A stretch of 64,000 nucleotides of DNA, from positions 5,045 through 69,044 of the forward strand of contig DUVQ01000097.1 of NCBI GenBank assembly GCA_012840965.1. The letters are read 5' to 3'. This stretch comes from Oligoflexales bacterium. GTDB taxonomy: Bacteria > Myxococcota_A > UBA9042 > DTJE01. The notes beneath the pieces were generated by a model that saw only the letters and a list, made by a program, of their open reading frames with translations, made no database searches and was not told the origin of the DNA. The translations under genes were made by a program, and so were the position numbers. Positions 37,709 through 47,967 of the stretch are shown in pieces (the first letter of the stretch is position 1; each line of letters begins with the position of its first letter).

Positions 37709-40278
37709 AACTCGGCTTTAAGCCCCAGAATTGGCAGTATCAGTGATGCCCCTACAAAACCCATCTTGCTGTAGTCGTAGCTGTACAGCACCCCTTCAGC
37801 ATTATTACGGAAATAAACGTTCTGGATTTCAAGATAAAGGCCAAGCTTCCATTGATTAAATACCCATTCTTTGTCGACTCTTAGGTCAAGCTGATGAAAC
37901 AAGGGCAAGCGCTTGGAGTTGATGGTCGCGTTGGGGATGGCCACATAGCGGTCCAAGTCGGCATCATAGACGGACCCATCTGCAGGGGTGTACGGATTTC
38001 CACTTGCCAGGCGGAATCTTAAGCCAATCGACCAGTGTCGTGGCAGCTCGTAGCTTGCCAAGATGTTTAGCAGGTGGTTTTGCTCAAAGTCGGATGATCG
38101 ATAGGCCTTGCTCTTGAAATCCCAGATCTGGGAAACAGTGTAAGTATATGCAATCCAACCAAAAAGCTTTCCTCCAGCAATCTTTGAACCTGGCACCAAG
38201 CGAAGCAGGAAGTCAGCACCAAAGGCCCTGCCAAACCCCTTGTTGTTATAGCGTTCGGTGCGGTCATCCGAGAATTCAACGCGATTAAACAGCCACTTGT
38301 AAAAGCCGTTGACCGACAGCGTCAGGCCGTCGATTGGCGTGTATTCAGCGCCTCCCAACAGGTGGGCGGCTGCCTCTGGCCCAAGGTCAGGATTTCCAAA
38401 GTCCGGGATGTAGGCATAGATAGGCGGTGGCTGTCGATAAAGTCCGCCTGCGAGTTTTAATGCCAGCTTGTCTTTTAGCACCTCAAATCTGTTTGAAAGC
38501 CTTGGATCGATGGACCAACTTTGCCATGTCCCAACAAACACATCTGCTCGAACTGATGGAACTATCGTCCACCAAGGAGTCGCGTCCCAGGTAACCGACA
38601 TGAAGGGGCCAATCTGGCCCATATAGAACTCGCCTTTGGTGTGTAAAACAGCCCTTGAGGAAAGCGGGACTCCAACCATTCCAGGGCGGTCCATATTTGG
38701 CGAGGTAATGTCATATCTTTGAACATCCAATCGAAGATCTAGGCCAGTGTTCATCTTTACCTTTTGGTGGGCCTGCCAGTTGAATTCCTCACGAATCGCA
38801 ACTGGAATGGTTTTAAGCTCGGCGGTAATCTGTTTAAAAACATCGACTTCCACCCCCATATAACCTAGCTGTAGTGACAGCAAGTTTGTAATCGCCGCAG
38901 ACTGCTGGCGCTTCCACTGGAGCAAGAAGTTGTGGCCAAACAACGACATACCTAGGTTGCCAGCAAATTTGGGTTCATGCCCTTCAGCTTTTTTGTTAAT
39001 CAGCGCCACAGCGTCATCAGTTCCATTGATGAAAATCATGAAACGGTCACGTTCACCAAGGCGATGTTGCCATTTCAACTGGTAGTCGTAGTATCTTGGT
39101 GCGGTCGTCAGTTGCCGGTCTTCCCCAAAGTCGATCAGCTTCAAGATCCCGTCAATATAGGAGCGGCGAAAGGCCACCTGGATGTCCCCATCCTTCGAAT
39201 ACGGGCCTCCAATCATCACACCGGCGTGAATCATGTTGATGTCAACCGCTCCATGAATCCCGGTCAGCGGCTCTTCCTTTAAGGTGACGTTTACAATCCC
39301 AGCTGTTGCCCTGCCATAGGAGGCGTCAAAACCGGCTGGGACAAAGTCGATTTTTTGAATGAAATCAGGGTGTATCACTGAATATAGTCCGCCAAAGTGA
39401 TACAACAGCACAAAAGGCTGCTGATTTAAGAGCACCTGGGAGTCAAACGGCGGACTGCCAAAAACCACCAGATAGCCGGCCCCAAGCGCAGAGCGGCCAA
39501 TTCCAGGCAGGTTTTCCACCATCTTTAAAACATCGCCGCCTGACCCTGGAAGCCTTCGCAATTCACCGGCCTCAAGCGTTTGGCGGGCCACAAACCTGGC
39601 CTCTTTTGGTGCCCTGATGATGGTCTGGTTGGAGGATTCAAACTGACGTTCCAAGTAGATCGTGCCTTCACCTATCTTGTCTGGTTCCACGGTGAATTCT
39701 TTGCGGATTTCGCGGTACTCACCCTCTGGGATGTAAAGGGTGTATAGGCCTGGATTCACATCCGCAACTTCCATGACGCCATCAAAGGCAGTGACTGAAA
39801 CGCCGTTTTCTTCCAAGATTCCAGAGATGCCATCCACGGGTTCTCTGACGGCTTTCAGAAGTACCTTGAATCTATAGACAATCTGGCGTTCCTTTTGCGA
39901 GATATCAAAGGTATATCGATAGGTTACCTGGACTGCAACTGGTTCCTGGTCCATCGTGGCGGGTTTGAATGAAAAGCCTTTGACCGCTTCCAGTGCAAGG
40001 TCGTTTAAAGCTTCGGCATCCGAGCCTGTTACCTCTGCGTCGCTGACTACGCCTGCCTCATCAATGGTGATCATCAAGGTGACTACATAGGAGCCAGGTT
40101 CCAGCGCCAGGTCTGGAGGCAGTTTTGCCTGGACAAACTCCAAAAGCTCGGGCGGTGTAATGACTGGTTCTTGGTTTTGGGGCGGCTCCTGCTGGGCGAT
40201 TGGGTCTTGCGAAAACGCGGCCACAGGCGTCACTAGCAGGATGAATATGGCGAATTTGCTAAAAAAGTGCCTGTTCAT
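37705..40278 (-). CDS. TonB-dependent receptor-like outer-membrane protein with N-terminal TonB-C-like and CarboxypepD_reg-like domains
   Basis: Signal peptide. Residues ~40-125 resemble the TonB C-terminal domain. Plug-like region GGDVLKMVENLPGIG. Long beta-barrel ending in aromatic F. Confidence 0.65.
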   Translation of the reverse strand: MNRHFFSKFAIFILLVTPVAAFSQDPIAQQEPPQNQEPVITPPELLEFVQAKLPPDLALEPGSYVVTLMITIDEAGVVSDAEVTGSDAEALNDLALEAVKGFSFKPATMDQEPVAVQVTYRYTFDISQKERQIVYRFKVLLKAVREPVDGISGILEENGVSVTAFDGVMEVADVNPGLYTLYIPEGEYREIRKEFTVEPDKIGEGTIYLERQFESSNQTIIRAPKEARFVARQTLEAGELRRLPGSGGDVLKMVENLPGIGRSALGAGYLVVFGSPPFDSQVLLNQQPFVLLYHFGGLYSVIHPDFIQKIDFVPAGFDASYGRATAGIVNVTLKEEPLTGIHGAVDINMIHAGVMIGGPYSKDGDIQVAFRRSYIDGILKLIDFGEDRQLTTAPRYYDYQLKWQHRLGERDRFMIFINGTDDAVALINKKAEGHEPKFAGNLGMSLFGHNFLLQWKRQQSAAITNLLSLQLGYMGVEVDVFKQITAELKTIPVAIREEFNWQAHQKVKMNTGLDLRLDVQRYDITSPNMDRPGMVGVPLSSRAVLHTKGEFYMGQIGPFMSVTWDATPWWTIVPSVRADVFVGTWQSWSIDPRLSNRFEVLKDKLALKLAGGLYRQPPPIYAYIPDFGNPDLGPEAAAHLLGGAEYTPIDGLTLSVNGFYKWLFNRVEFSDDRTERYNNKGFGRAFGADFLLRLVPGSKIAGGKLFGWIAYTYTVSQIWDFKSKAYRSSDFEQNHLLNILASYELPRHWSIGLRFRLASGNPYTPADGSVYDADLDRYVAIPNATINSKRLPLFHQLDLRVDKEWVFNQWKLGLYLEIQNVYFRNNAEGVLYSYDYSKMGFVGASLILPILGLKAEF

Positions 40279-41375
40279 GGTAGCTCTCCTGCGTCTCGAA
40301 CTACCGCGTAATTGGGGCCAGCAACATCACAAACAGGGTCGATTAGCGGCACGACGGGAAACGTGACGAAAGCGACTCCAAGCTTGTCATCCCTGGCAAA
40401 CACCCACATCGTTGTTTGTTTTGGCATGGCCTCCAATTCCCAGGCCGTCCATTCATTTGATATCTCCAAGGCGCCGTCTTCACCAATCGAGGCCATGCTG
40501 GTTTTGATGCTTCGAAATCTTCCAGAAGTGGCCACCCACGAGAAAAACACAAACTCCTCGTCGCCACCTGCATCTGGGTTGAATTCGATGGCATCATCAA
40601 AAAGCCGCGGCTCCAGTTTGATTCTTTTACCTGGGCAAACAGCCAAAGTGTTTGAAACGGCCTCGGTCGAAGCTACGGTTTGGCCATCATATAAAACCTC
40701 GAAGCCCGGGTTTTTGTTTGGGACGCGACCTTCTTTGGGCGCTCTGAACGCCACCCGTTTATAGCCTTCGCGTTTTAGCTCTTGTCCGTCTATTTCCACC
40801 GTGATGGTCACGTGGAACATCAATTCAAGTCCCTTTTCCAGCAGGCAGACCTTAAACATGGCAAAGGCGTCGTCCTGGCATGTCTTTAGCTGGGCTGCTT
40901 CATATTGACTGCACTTGTCCCAAGCGGCCAAGGCGCTGTTATTACACTCGTCGTCTTGTTCAATGGTTCCCCTAATGAATTCCATGTATTCAGCGGCGCT
41001 GTCCGCAAGAAAATCAATCATCGTAGACAGGACTTGGCCGTCAAAGGTGGCAGTTCGAGCCTCAAAATCGGTGTCCAAAACAGGTATTTCAGGCACAGCA
41101 CAGGCAAAGGTGGCCTCTGCCCCAAGTGACATTGGGCATACTGCCCACTCCAAGTCTTTCAGGGCCGTTTGTTGGAGATTTCCCGTTTCATCTGGGCCTG
41201 GCATGGCAACCACGACATGCAGCGTTACAGAGCCTGGGTTTTCTTGGGTAAACGGCACTTCTGGAGGATTTGCAACGATTCCAAGAATGCGAGGCTTGTC
41301 CACAAAGCTGGAGGGGCTGAATTCAGGGGCGCAGGCGGCAACAAAGAGTACTGCAATCAAAGCGATTCGCCACAT
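40275..41375 (-). CDS. hypothetical lipoprotein
   Basis: Lipobox LFVAAC|APEF. 366 aa. Sits between tonB and the receptor. Confidence 0.5.
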   Translation of the reverse strand: MWRIALIAVLFVAACAPEFSPSSFVDKPRILGIVANPPEVPFTQENPGSVTLHVVVAMPGPDETGNLQQTALKDLEWAVCPMSLGAEATFACAVPEIPVLDTDFEARTATFDGQVLSTMIDFLADSAAEYMEFIRGTIEQDDECNNSALAAWDKCSQYEAAQLKTCQDDAFAMFKVCLLEKGLELMFHVTITVEIDGQELKREGYKRVAFRAPKEGRVPNKNPGFEVLYDGQTVASTEAVSNTLAVCPGKRIKLEPRLFDDAIEFNPDAGGDEEFVFFSWVATSGRFRSIKTSMASIGEDGALEISNEWTAWELEAMPKQTTMWVFARDDKLGVAFVTFPVVPLIDPVCDVAGPNYAVVRDAGELP

Positions 41376-41390
41376 GATAAACCTCGCGTC

Positions 41391-42227
41391 CTAGGAGCCC
41401 TGTGGCAAGAACACCACAGTCCACTTTACTTTATATGCAATTGGCTGTCCGTTTCTGGTAGCTGGCGAAAATCTTAGGCCTTCTACAGCTCGTTTGGCCT
41501 CGACGTTAAAGGCCTCAAGGTCCCCCTTTGTAACTTCAGCCTTTGCAACTTTGCCATCGGCATCAACGTGAAGCTGCAAGGTCACCCTGACTACTCGCCC
41601 CAACTCCCTGTGTTCATTTGGATAAACCCCTTGGACCTGATTTTGAGCCTTTGGTGGGACAATAACCACTTTTTCCGGGGCCTTTTGTTCGGCGGTTGCT
41701 TCTGGTTGCGAGACCCTGGGAGCATCAGGACCATCTCGTTTGAAACCCCTTGCATCTACAGATGGATCGCCAAAAAGGTTCGTTTGTTCGCCAGTTTGAA
41801 CTGCCACGCCGCCATTAAGAGCCACGTTGGACAGGACCAACGGTGCTGGCTTTTTGGGCTCAGTTGGCTTTGCCTCTGGTTCAGGTTTTTTGGCCTCAGG
41901 TTCGGCGGCAGGTTTGGGCGGTTTTGGTTGTGAAGCTGGCTTGCTTTGAGGCTGCTTTGGAGGCTTTTTTGCTGGGGCCGGGGCAGGGGCAGGTTCAGGG
42001 ACAGGGGCAGGTTCAGGGACGGGTTCAGGTTCAGGGACAGGGGCGGGTGGCTTGGCCAGTAGCTCCGCGATTTGCTGTTTTCTGACTTCAATTGGAACCG
42101 GGGCAACTTTTCGGGCTGGCTTTGTGGGCGCTTCAAGTTGACGTCGTGGTGTAAATTCAATGACTGCCACGTGCAGCAGCAGTGATACAACCACAAATAT
42201 CGCCAGTTGTTTGTTGCGATCCATCAA
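41391..42227 (-). CDS. tonB: energy transducer TonB
   Basis: N-terminal TM. Pro-rich spacer PAPVPEPEPVPEPAPVPEPAPAPAP, encoded by the same hexamer motif as the intergenic arrays. C-terminal TonB-C domain. Confidence 0.75.
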   Translation of the reverse strand: MMDRNKQLAIFVVVSLLLHVAVIEFTPRRQLEAPTKPARKVAPVPIEVRKQQIAELLAKPPAPVPEPEPVPEPAPVPEPAPAPAPAKKPPKQPQSKPASQPKPPKPAAEPEAKKPEPEAKPTEPKKPAPLVLSNVALNGGVAVQTGEQTNLFGDPSVDARGFKRDGPDAPRVSQPEATAEQKAPEKVVIVPPKAQNQVQGVYPNEHRELGRVVRVTLQLHVDADGKVAKAEVTKGDLEAFNVEAKRAVEGLRFSPATRNGQPIAYKVKWTVVFLPQGS

Positions 42228-42257
42228 TTTACCAACTGCTTTACAGCCCTTTTCAAG

Positions 42258-42725
42258 CTAGGGTTCAATCCCTGGAATCGATTGTTCTTCAACGTTTAAA
42301 GCCACGTTGCCTACGCCTCTTAACTTCACGAAATCAATGACTCTTGTAACCTTACCATAGGCCAAATCCTTATCGGCCGACAGCACTGCATCAGGGACTC
42401 TGCCTCCTGCCTCATTCGCCCTGCGGTCGATGTAAGCCCCGATTTTTTCAAGGGTAGTTGGTTCTCCGTTTAGATACAGGGCGCCTGCCTGGTCTAAAAT
42501 CAGGTTTAAAGGCACATCCTTTGGCTCTGGTGGTGCCCCCGAGTGTGCCTTTGGTAGGGTAAGTGCAATTTCTCGCAGGTTTTTTTCCTGTTGCATGAAT
42601 ATGTTGGCTGTGACCATAAAGATGATCAGCAGGACCAGGAATATGTCGACCAATGGAGTGACGTTGATGCTGGATATCAAGTCATCTTCAGGTTCATTTC
42701 TCTTCGCAGCCATCTTCTCCTCCAT
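42258..42725 (-). CDS. exbD: biopolymer transporter ExbD/TolR
   Basis: INVTPLVDIFLVLLIIFMV signature. 155 aa. Confidence 0.8.
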   Translation of the reverse strand: MEEKMAAKRNEPEDDLISSINVTPLVDIFLVLLIIFMVTANIFMQQEKNLREIALTLPKAHSGAPPEPKDVPLNLILDQAGALYLNGEPTTLEKIGAYIDRRANEAGGRVPDAVLSADKDLAYGKVTRVIDFVKLRGVGNVALNVEEQSIPGIEP

Positions 42726-43323
42726 AGGCGCAGCGCATGCGGTGGGTGCTTATCTCCCTGGCCTGCTCGACTGCGGCGTTAACTCGTTTGCGAAACACGT
42801 TGTAAAACATGACGGCTGGAAGGGCGACCACAAGTCCAATTGCGGTTGCAATCAAGGCCTCTGAGATGCTTTGCATCAAAAGGGCGTTTTTTTCAGTATT
42901 TTCAGCTATGTCTGATAGTCTAAAAAACGCGGCCATGATCCCGATGACGGTTCCAAGCAATCCTATGAAGGGGGCGTTGTTGCCGAGGGTGGCCAGGAAT
43001 GTGAGGCCTTGTTCATAGCGGTTTTTTTGCTTTCGTAGCTCTGATTCGACTGCATTTTCGGCGTCTTCACGGCCGACACCTGCTTCATGGACCTCGACAA
43101 TAAGCTTAGCTACGAGGTTTTCCATGCAGTCTTGACAGACTTTGGCTGGTTTTCCATGGGCCAGGGCATGGACGGCGTCTGGCCTGACTCGTCGTCTGGC
43201 ATAGAAGATCCAACGTTCGATAATGACGGCAATAGACGCCACCGAGAGGCCGACTAGGAGCCACAGGATCCAGTCAACGCCGATTCCGATGAAGAAGTCT
43301 TGTAAGAGGCCTGCAAAGTTCAC
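42694..43323 (-). CDS. exbB: MotA/TolQ/ExbB proton channel
   Basis: 209 aa, 3 TM. NAPFIGLLGTVIGIM motif. Confidence 0.8.
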   Translation of the reverse strand: MNFAGLLQDFFIGIGVDWILWLLVGLSVASIAVIIERWIFYARRRVRPDAVHALAHGKPAKVCQDCMENLVAKLIVEVHEAGVGREDAENAVESELRKQKNRYEQGLTFLATLGNNAPFIGLLGTVIGIMAAFFRLSDIAENTEKNALLMQSISEALIATAIGLVVALPAVMFYNVFRKRVNAAVEQAREISTHRMRCAYGGEDGCEEK

Positions 43324-43465
43324 AAAAGCCCTCCAAAATCAAGATAAGGCGGGTGTTAAAATGGCGCTTTAAACAGTGTAAGTCAAGCATTTGCATGCAA
43401 CGCAGGGTGGCCAAAAGGCGAACTGGCTCACAAATGCGGTTGCATCAATGAACGCCAGTTGTTAT

Positions 43466-43497
43466 TCCCTGGTCCTGTCCCTGTCCCCGCCTGTCCG
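43466..43497. repeat. (GGGRCA)n array, C-rich on + strand
   Basis: ccctggtcctgtccctgtccccgcctgtcc. Confidence 0.7.
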
Positions 43498-43585
43498 TTT
43501 GTGCCCCAAAAACACCTTGGCACTTGACTAATATGCGTATAGTGCGCATTCATTTTCGGACCGTGGGCGTCCGATTGGAGGTTTT

Positions 43586-44776
43586 ATGGAGCTGTCAATT
43601 CTGAGCGTGTTTGGGGCTGGGTTGCTGACCTTTTTGTCGCCTTGTGTGCTGCCTTTGATTCCAGTTTATCTTGGAATTTTGGCGGGTAGTGCGGATCAGG
43701 GGGCTAATCCTGGACGTATGCGTGCTTTGATTGCTACTGCAATTTTTTCTTTGGGCTTTACCTTGGTCTTTGCCTTGATGGGGTTGTCTGCGACCTTTTT
43801 GGGGCGAGTGTTGATTCACCATAAGTTGCTGTTCCAGCAGTTGGGTGGAATTCTTGTTTTGCTGCTTGGACTTAGGTTTATGGGCTATCTGAACCTGCCA
43901 TTTTTGGAGAACGCGTCTGGTGGAGGGATGGCCAAGATTAAGACCAGGTTTCACTACGTTAACGTCTTTTTGCTGGGTCTGTTTTTCGCCTTTGCTTGGA
44001 CCCCTTGTATTGGTTCAGTTTTGGGGGCGGTTCTCACTTTCACGTCCTTGAAGACGACCAACCCCATTGAGGGTGTCGCCTATCTGTCAGCCTACAGCAT
44101 GGGATTTGCTGTGCCTTTGTTGCTGATTTCTGCCATAGCTGGTCCTGCTTTGACCGCGCTCAAAAAGGCTAGGCAGTTTATTCCAGTTTTTGAAAAGGTG
44201 ACTGGCGTATTGATGGTGGTAGTTGGTTTGCTTTTGGCCACAGACCAATTTGGAATCATTGACAAGGCGTTTTCTTCGCCAAGTAGCGATGAGACTGAAC
44301 TGGTAATTGCAGCTGATTTGACACCACAGGCGCCCAAGGCTCAAGTTGATGGCGGTAATAACCCCTTCGTCATAAATGAGAATCCCAGCTCTTGCGATGC
44401 CCAGGACGCCGCCCAGTGTGACACTCCTGAGGCCCCTAGCCGACCTGCAATGTTGAAATTCTTCAGCCCCAACTGCCCAGTTTGTCGCCAGATGATCCCC
44501 ACAGTTAACGCCTTGAAGCACGAATGTTCCGACCGATCAGTAGAACTTCGTGAAGTCGACATATCCACCCCAGAAGGGCGCATTCTTGCAAACAACTATG
44601 GAATCCGAGGCATCCCAGTATTTGTATTCGTTGATGCCCAAGGCAAGGAGGTCTCAAGGCTAGTCGGCTATCAAACCCTGTCAGCCCTAGAACAAGCCAT
44701 GAGCGTGTTAATCGGCGAAGCCTGCCCAAGCGAATACCGGGAACTCCCCCCAAATTTCAACGTCCGCGGCCAATAA
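43586..44776 (+). CDS. DsbD/CcdA-family thiol-disulfide transporter fused to C-terminal thioredoxin domain
   Basis: FLSPCVLPLIP and WTPCIGSVLG TM Cys pair. C-terminal FFSPNCPVCRQ CxxC thioredoxin fold. Confidence 0.7.
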   Translation: MELSILSVFGAGLLTFLSPCVLPLIPVYLGILAGSADQGANPGRMRALIATAIFSLGFTLVFALMGLSATFLGRVLIHHKLLFQQLGGILVLLLGLRFMGYLNLPFLENASGGGMAKIKTRFHYVNVFLLGLFFAFAWTPCIGSVLGAVLTFTSLKTTNPIEGVAYLSAYSMGFAVPLLLISAIAGPALTALKKARQFIPVFEKVTGVLMVVVGLLLATDQFGIIDKAFSSPSSDETELVIAADLTPQAPKAQVDGGNNPFVINENPSSCDAQDAAQCDTPEAPSRPAMLKFFSPNCPVCRQMIPTVNALKHECSDRSVELREVDISTPEGRILANNYGIRGIPVFVFVDAQGKEVSRLVGYQTLSALEQAMSVLIGEACPSEYRELPPNFNVRGQ

Positions 44777-44797
44777 AACAGCGTCCAAGCCCCTGCC

Positions 44798-45853
44798 TCA
44801 CCGTCCGGGGCCGATCAGGCGCGTTAGCAGGTCGGTTACTAGTACCGCTGGTGCGACATTTCCCCTTTTGAAGCGTAAGTCGGTGTCTACAGCCTGGTTT
44901 AGGAATGTAACCAGTTCATGATGGGTGTATCTCGATGTCGCTTTTCTTAGCCTTTCCCACATGAATGGCCATGAAAGATTTAGGCTTTTCATGGCTGTCT
45001 TGTCGTCTACCCGCTGTTTCACCAAGTCACATGCAATTAGCAGGTTTCTGGCATGTCTGTTGACACCATACATGATTCGGATTGCTTGTGATTTTGGGTC
45101 CTTGGCATCTTCTACATCGCGAGTCGCTATCTTTATCGCCAGTTTCAGATTCCTGTTCGAGATAGCCTCATCAAGGTCCCAAGGGTTGGATTTTCTGCTT
45201 CTTAAAACTAGCCCCTGCAAGTTTTCAGCAGTTGCTTTGCCACCTGGGCCAAGGTAATCAGCCAAGGCCGTGACAGCGGCTTCTATGCTGCCTCTGTCTG
45301 GCCCAACAAGGTCCAGGATTAAAAATGAGACTCCTGGAGCAAGGGTTATCTTGTTTTCAGCTGCCAGCCTTTCGACCAAAGTCTGGGCGGCTCGATCCTT
45401 TAAATCAGCAACCGCGACAGCAACCCCAACCTCCTTGATTGCCTTCGCCATTGGAGACGTTTCAGATTTTCTGTTACCTGTCAGTACCAATCTAACGTGG
45501 GGAGGCCACGAAGAAATCATTCTTTTCAGCTCTGATGGCAGTTTTTCGCCCTTTCCACAACCAGTTATCAGGACCAATGTGCCATCATCAAACATCGGTA
45601 CATTGATTGCGATCTCACCTAATCTAGCCCAGGCCTCAGTCTTGGCAGGCTCTGCGTCCAGCCGTTCAGTGGTAATCACAGTAGACGTCTTTTTTAGGTC
45701 CGCCTCCATCAACTCAAGCGCCCCGTTAGCAATGAAATCATCCCCACCCGCAAGATAGATAGCAAAGACTAAACTTCCTGAATCCATTTGTTTTTTTACA
45801 GGTTCAAGCTCTGGGATGCTCAACGGTGGCTCCTTTTGAAAAGGCGTTGTCAT
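44798..45853 (-). CDS. holA: DNA polymerase III subunit delta
   Basis: Collinear weak similarity to HolA (VFAIYLAGGDD ... C-terminal helical domain). Start moved to the internal M (MTTPFQKEPP), because the longer ORF would overlap the dinG promoter and N-terminus. Confidence 0.5.
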   Translation of the reverse strand: MTTPFQKEPPLSIPELEPVKKQMDSGSLVFAIYLAGGDDFIANGALELMEADLKKTSTVITTERLDAEPAKTEAWARLGEIAINVPMFDDGTLVLITGCGKGEKLPSELKRMISSWPPHVRLVLTGNRKSETSPMAKAIKEVGVAVAVADLKDRAAQTLVERLAAENKITLAPGVSFLILDLVGPDRGSIEAAVTALADYLGPGGKATAENLQGLVLRSRKSNPWDLDEAISNRNLKLAIKIATRDVEDAKDPKSQAIRIMYGVNRHARNLLIACDLVKQRVDDKTAMKSLNLSWPFMWERLRKATSRYTHHELVTFLNQAVDTDLRFKRGNVAPAVLVTDLLTRLIGPGR

Positions 45854-46049
45854 TTTGAATGTAAGGACCCCAAAAAGCAACAGCCAGCCCAGGGGAAAAC
45901 TGGCGGCGTCAAAGCGACTTGAAAAAACTGGCTGGAATCTGAGGCCGCGTCTTGATAAGCTCCAACGCTTTCTTGGCGGTAGCTTCAAGGTGAAAGGAAC
46001 GCCCAACCCCAACGAGTATTTTGGTCCAAGTGGCCGCATTGCTCAGGCT

Positions 46050-47930
46050 ATGACGAACTATGAGGTGCGACCTGAGCAAGTCGCCATGATGGACGCTGTC
46101 CAAGCGGCCATCGCCACGTCTGATGTATGCCTTATCGAGGCCGGAACAGGGGTTGGAAAGACTTTGGCATATCTGGTGCCTTCAGTGATTTCAGGCAGAC
46201 AAACTGTTGTTGCTACCGGAACAAAGGCACTGATGGACCAGATCTACGGCAAAGACGTCCCATTTTTGAACAATGTCCTAGCCGAATCTTTTACCGCTGT
46301 TTTGCTTAAAGGCAGGTCAAATTACCTTTGTTTAACAAGGCTTAAGGAAGCCAGGGTCAAGATATCCTCCCTCAACGATGAGGACCGCGCCATTTTGACC
46401 AGGGTTCGCAAGTGGGCATTGCGCACCGATAACGGAGATATCGCGGAACTAGCCGATCTTCCAGAGGGAACGCCCATGCTAAGGACGCTGACCTCTTCTG
46501 TGGAGGACTGCGGCGGAAGGATGTGTCCTGACTTTGCCGACTGCTTCGTATACAAGGCAAGGGCCCGTGCGCTAAAGGCTGATTTAGTGATAACAAATCA
46601 CCACCTTTTGATCGCTGACATGGCTTTAAGCGAGGATCCAGGTGGCCCAATCCTTCCCGCTGAAGCCAACTTGATCATTGATGAGGCTCACGGACTTGAA
46701 GATGTTGCAACCGAGTTGCTTGGTAGGACTTTGACCTCTCATCAGGTCAGCGAGCTTGGCAGGGAAGTCGCTGAGCTTGCCAAGCTAGAACGGACCTTTC
46801 ATGGCTTTGAGTTAAAGAACGCGGCATCTGGGATTGTCAAAGGTTTTGCCGGATTTTTGGCCGCTTTAGCGCCAACTGATACTCGTCGCAAGCTTGAAAG
46901 TAACAACCCAAAAGCAAAAGAACTTTGGCATGAATTAGACATAGATTTAGAGGCTATAGAGCTTCGCACACTAGAGATTGCCAAGGAATTGGACCGTGCG
47001 CCTGATGTGTCGACGAAAACCGCGCAGGCTCGTGCCTTGCTCGCCGAGGTGATGGTTGGTTTTGACACCAATTTGATAAGGCTTGTCGAGCGAAAAGGCC
47101 GATTCGGAGCTGTTTCTGCCTTGCCAGTCACTGTGTCAGAGATTCTCGAAGAAAAGCTGTTTTTAACTGGAAGACCTGTGATACTGACCAGTGCCACATT
47201 GACCGTGGATGGCAGTACTGAGTTTCTGCGCTCCAGATTGGGCGTTCCAGAAGGTGCGCCAGAGCTAGTTTTAGCCAGCCCTTTCAATTTTCAAAAGCAG
47301 GCCATTATCTACGCGCCCAAAGAACTTCCTGCGCCGGATTCTGCGCTATATTTCGAGCATTTCATAAATGAAACCATGTCCTTGTTGACAGCAACGCATG
47401 GTAGGGCATTTGTCCTGTTTACCAGCCGCGCTGCAATGCTTCGCGCCACACAAGCCGCACGCTCAGAGCTGACCCTTCCAATCTTGTGTCAAGGAGAAGC
47501 CCCCAGACACGAGTTACTACGCCAGTTCAAGGCCACAAAAGGAGCCTGTCTCTTTGGAACCGCCTCGTTTTGGGAGGGAGTAGACGTTGTAGGCGACGCC
47601 TTGTCTTTGGTAATAATAGATCGCCTGCCGTTCGATCCCCCCGACGATCCAATCCTCCAGGCCAGAGTGGAACTGCTAACTGAAGCAGGTCGCAACTCGT
47701 TCAAGGAGTACAACATACCCCTGGCTGTAATCAAACTCCGGCAAGGATTTGGCCGCCTGATCAGAAGCAGAACTGATCGCGGAATAGTAGCAATACTAGA
47801 TTCAAGAATAAGAACCAGAAGTTACGGCAACATTTTTCTGCGAAGCCTACCACCAGCCCCAGTGCTTGATGATTTAGAAGAAGTAAAAGACTGGGCCAAG
47901 CAAAATCTAAAGAAGCGCCGCCGGCGGTAG
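46050..47930 (+). CDS. dinG: ATP-dependent DNA helicase, DinG/Rad3-like (Fe-S)
   Basis: EAGTGVGKTLAYLVP (Walker A), DEAHGLED (DEAH box), Cys-containing Fe-S insertion CPDFADCFVY, C-terminal helicase motifs. Start at MTNYEVRPEQ. Confidence 0.75.
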   Translation: MTNYEVRPEQVAMMDAVQAAIATSDVCLIEAGTGVGKTLAYLVPSVISGRQTVVATGTKALMDQIYGKDVPFLNNVLAESFTAVLLKGRSNYLCLTRLKEARVKISSLNDEDRAILTRVRKWALRTDNGDIAELADLPEGTPMLRTLTSSVEDCGGRMCPDFADCFVYKARARALKADLVITNHHLLIADMALSEDPGGPILPAEANLIIDEAHGLEDVATELLGRTLTSHQVSELGREVAELAKLERTFHGFELKNAASGIVKGFAGFLAALAPTDTRRKLESNNPKAKELWHELDIDLEAIELRTLEIAKELDRAPDVSTKTAQARALLAEVMVGFDTNLIRLVERKGRFGAVSALPVTVSEILEEKLFLTGRPVILTSATLTVDGSTEFLRSRLGVPEGAPELVLASPFNFQKQAIIYAPKELPAPDSALYFEHFINETMSLLTATHGRAFVLFTSRAAMLRATQAARSELTLPILCQGEAPRHELLRQFKATKGACLFGTASFWEGVDVVGDALSLVIIDRLPFDPPDDPILQARVELLTEAGRNSFKEYNIPLAVIKLRQGFGRLIRSRTDRGIVAILDSRIRTRSYGNIFLRSLPPAPVLDDLEEVKDWAKQNLKKRRRR

Positions 47931-47967
47931 GACGGGGTCAGGGACGGGGACAGGGGGCAGGGTCAGT
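47931..47967. repeat. (GGGRCA)n array between convergent genes
   Basis: ggacggggtcagggacggggacagggggcagggtcag. Confidence 0.8.
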
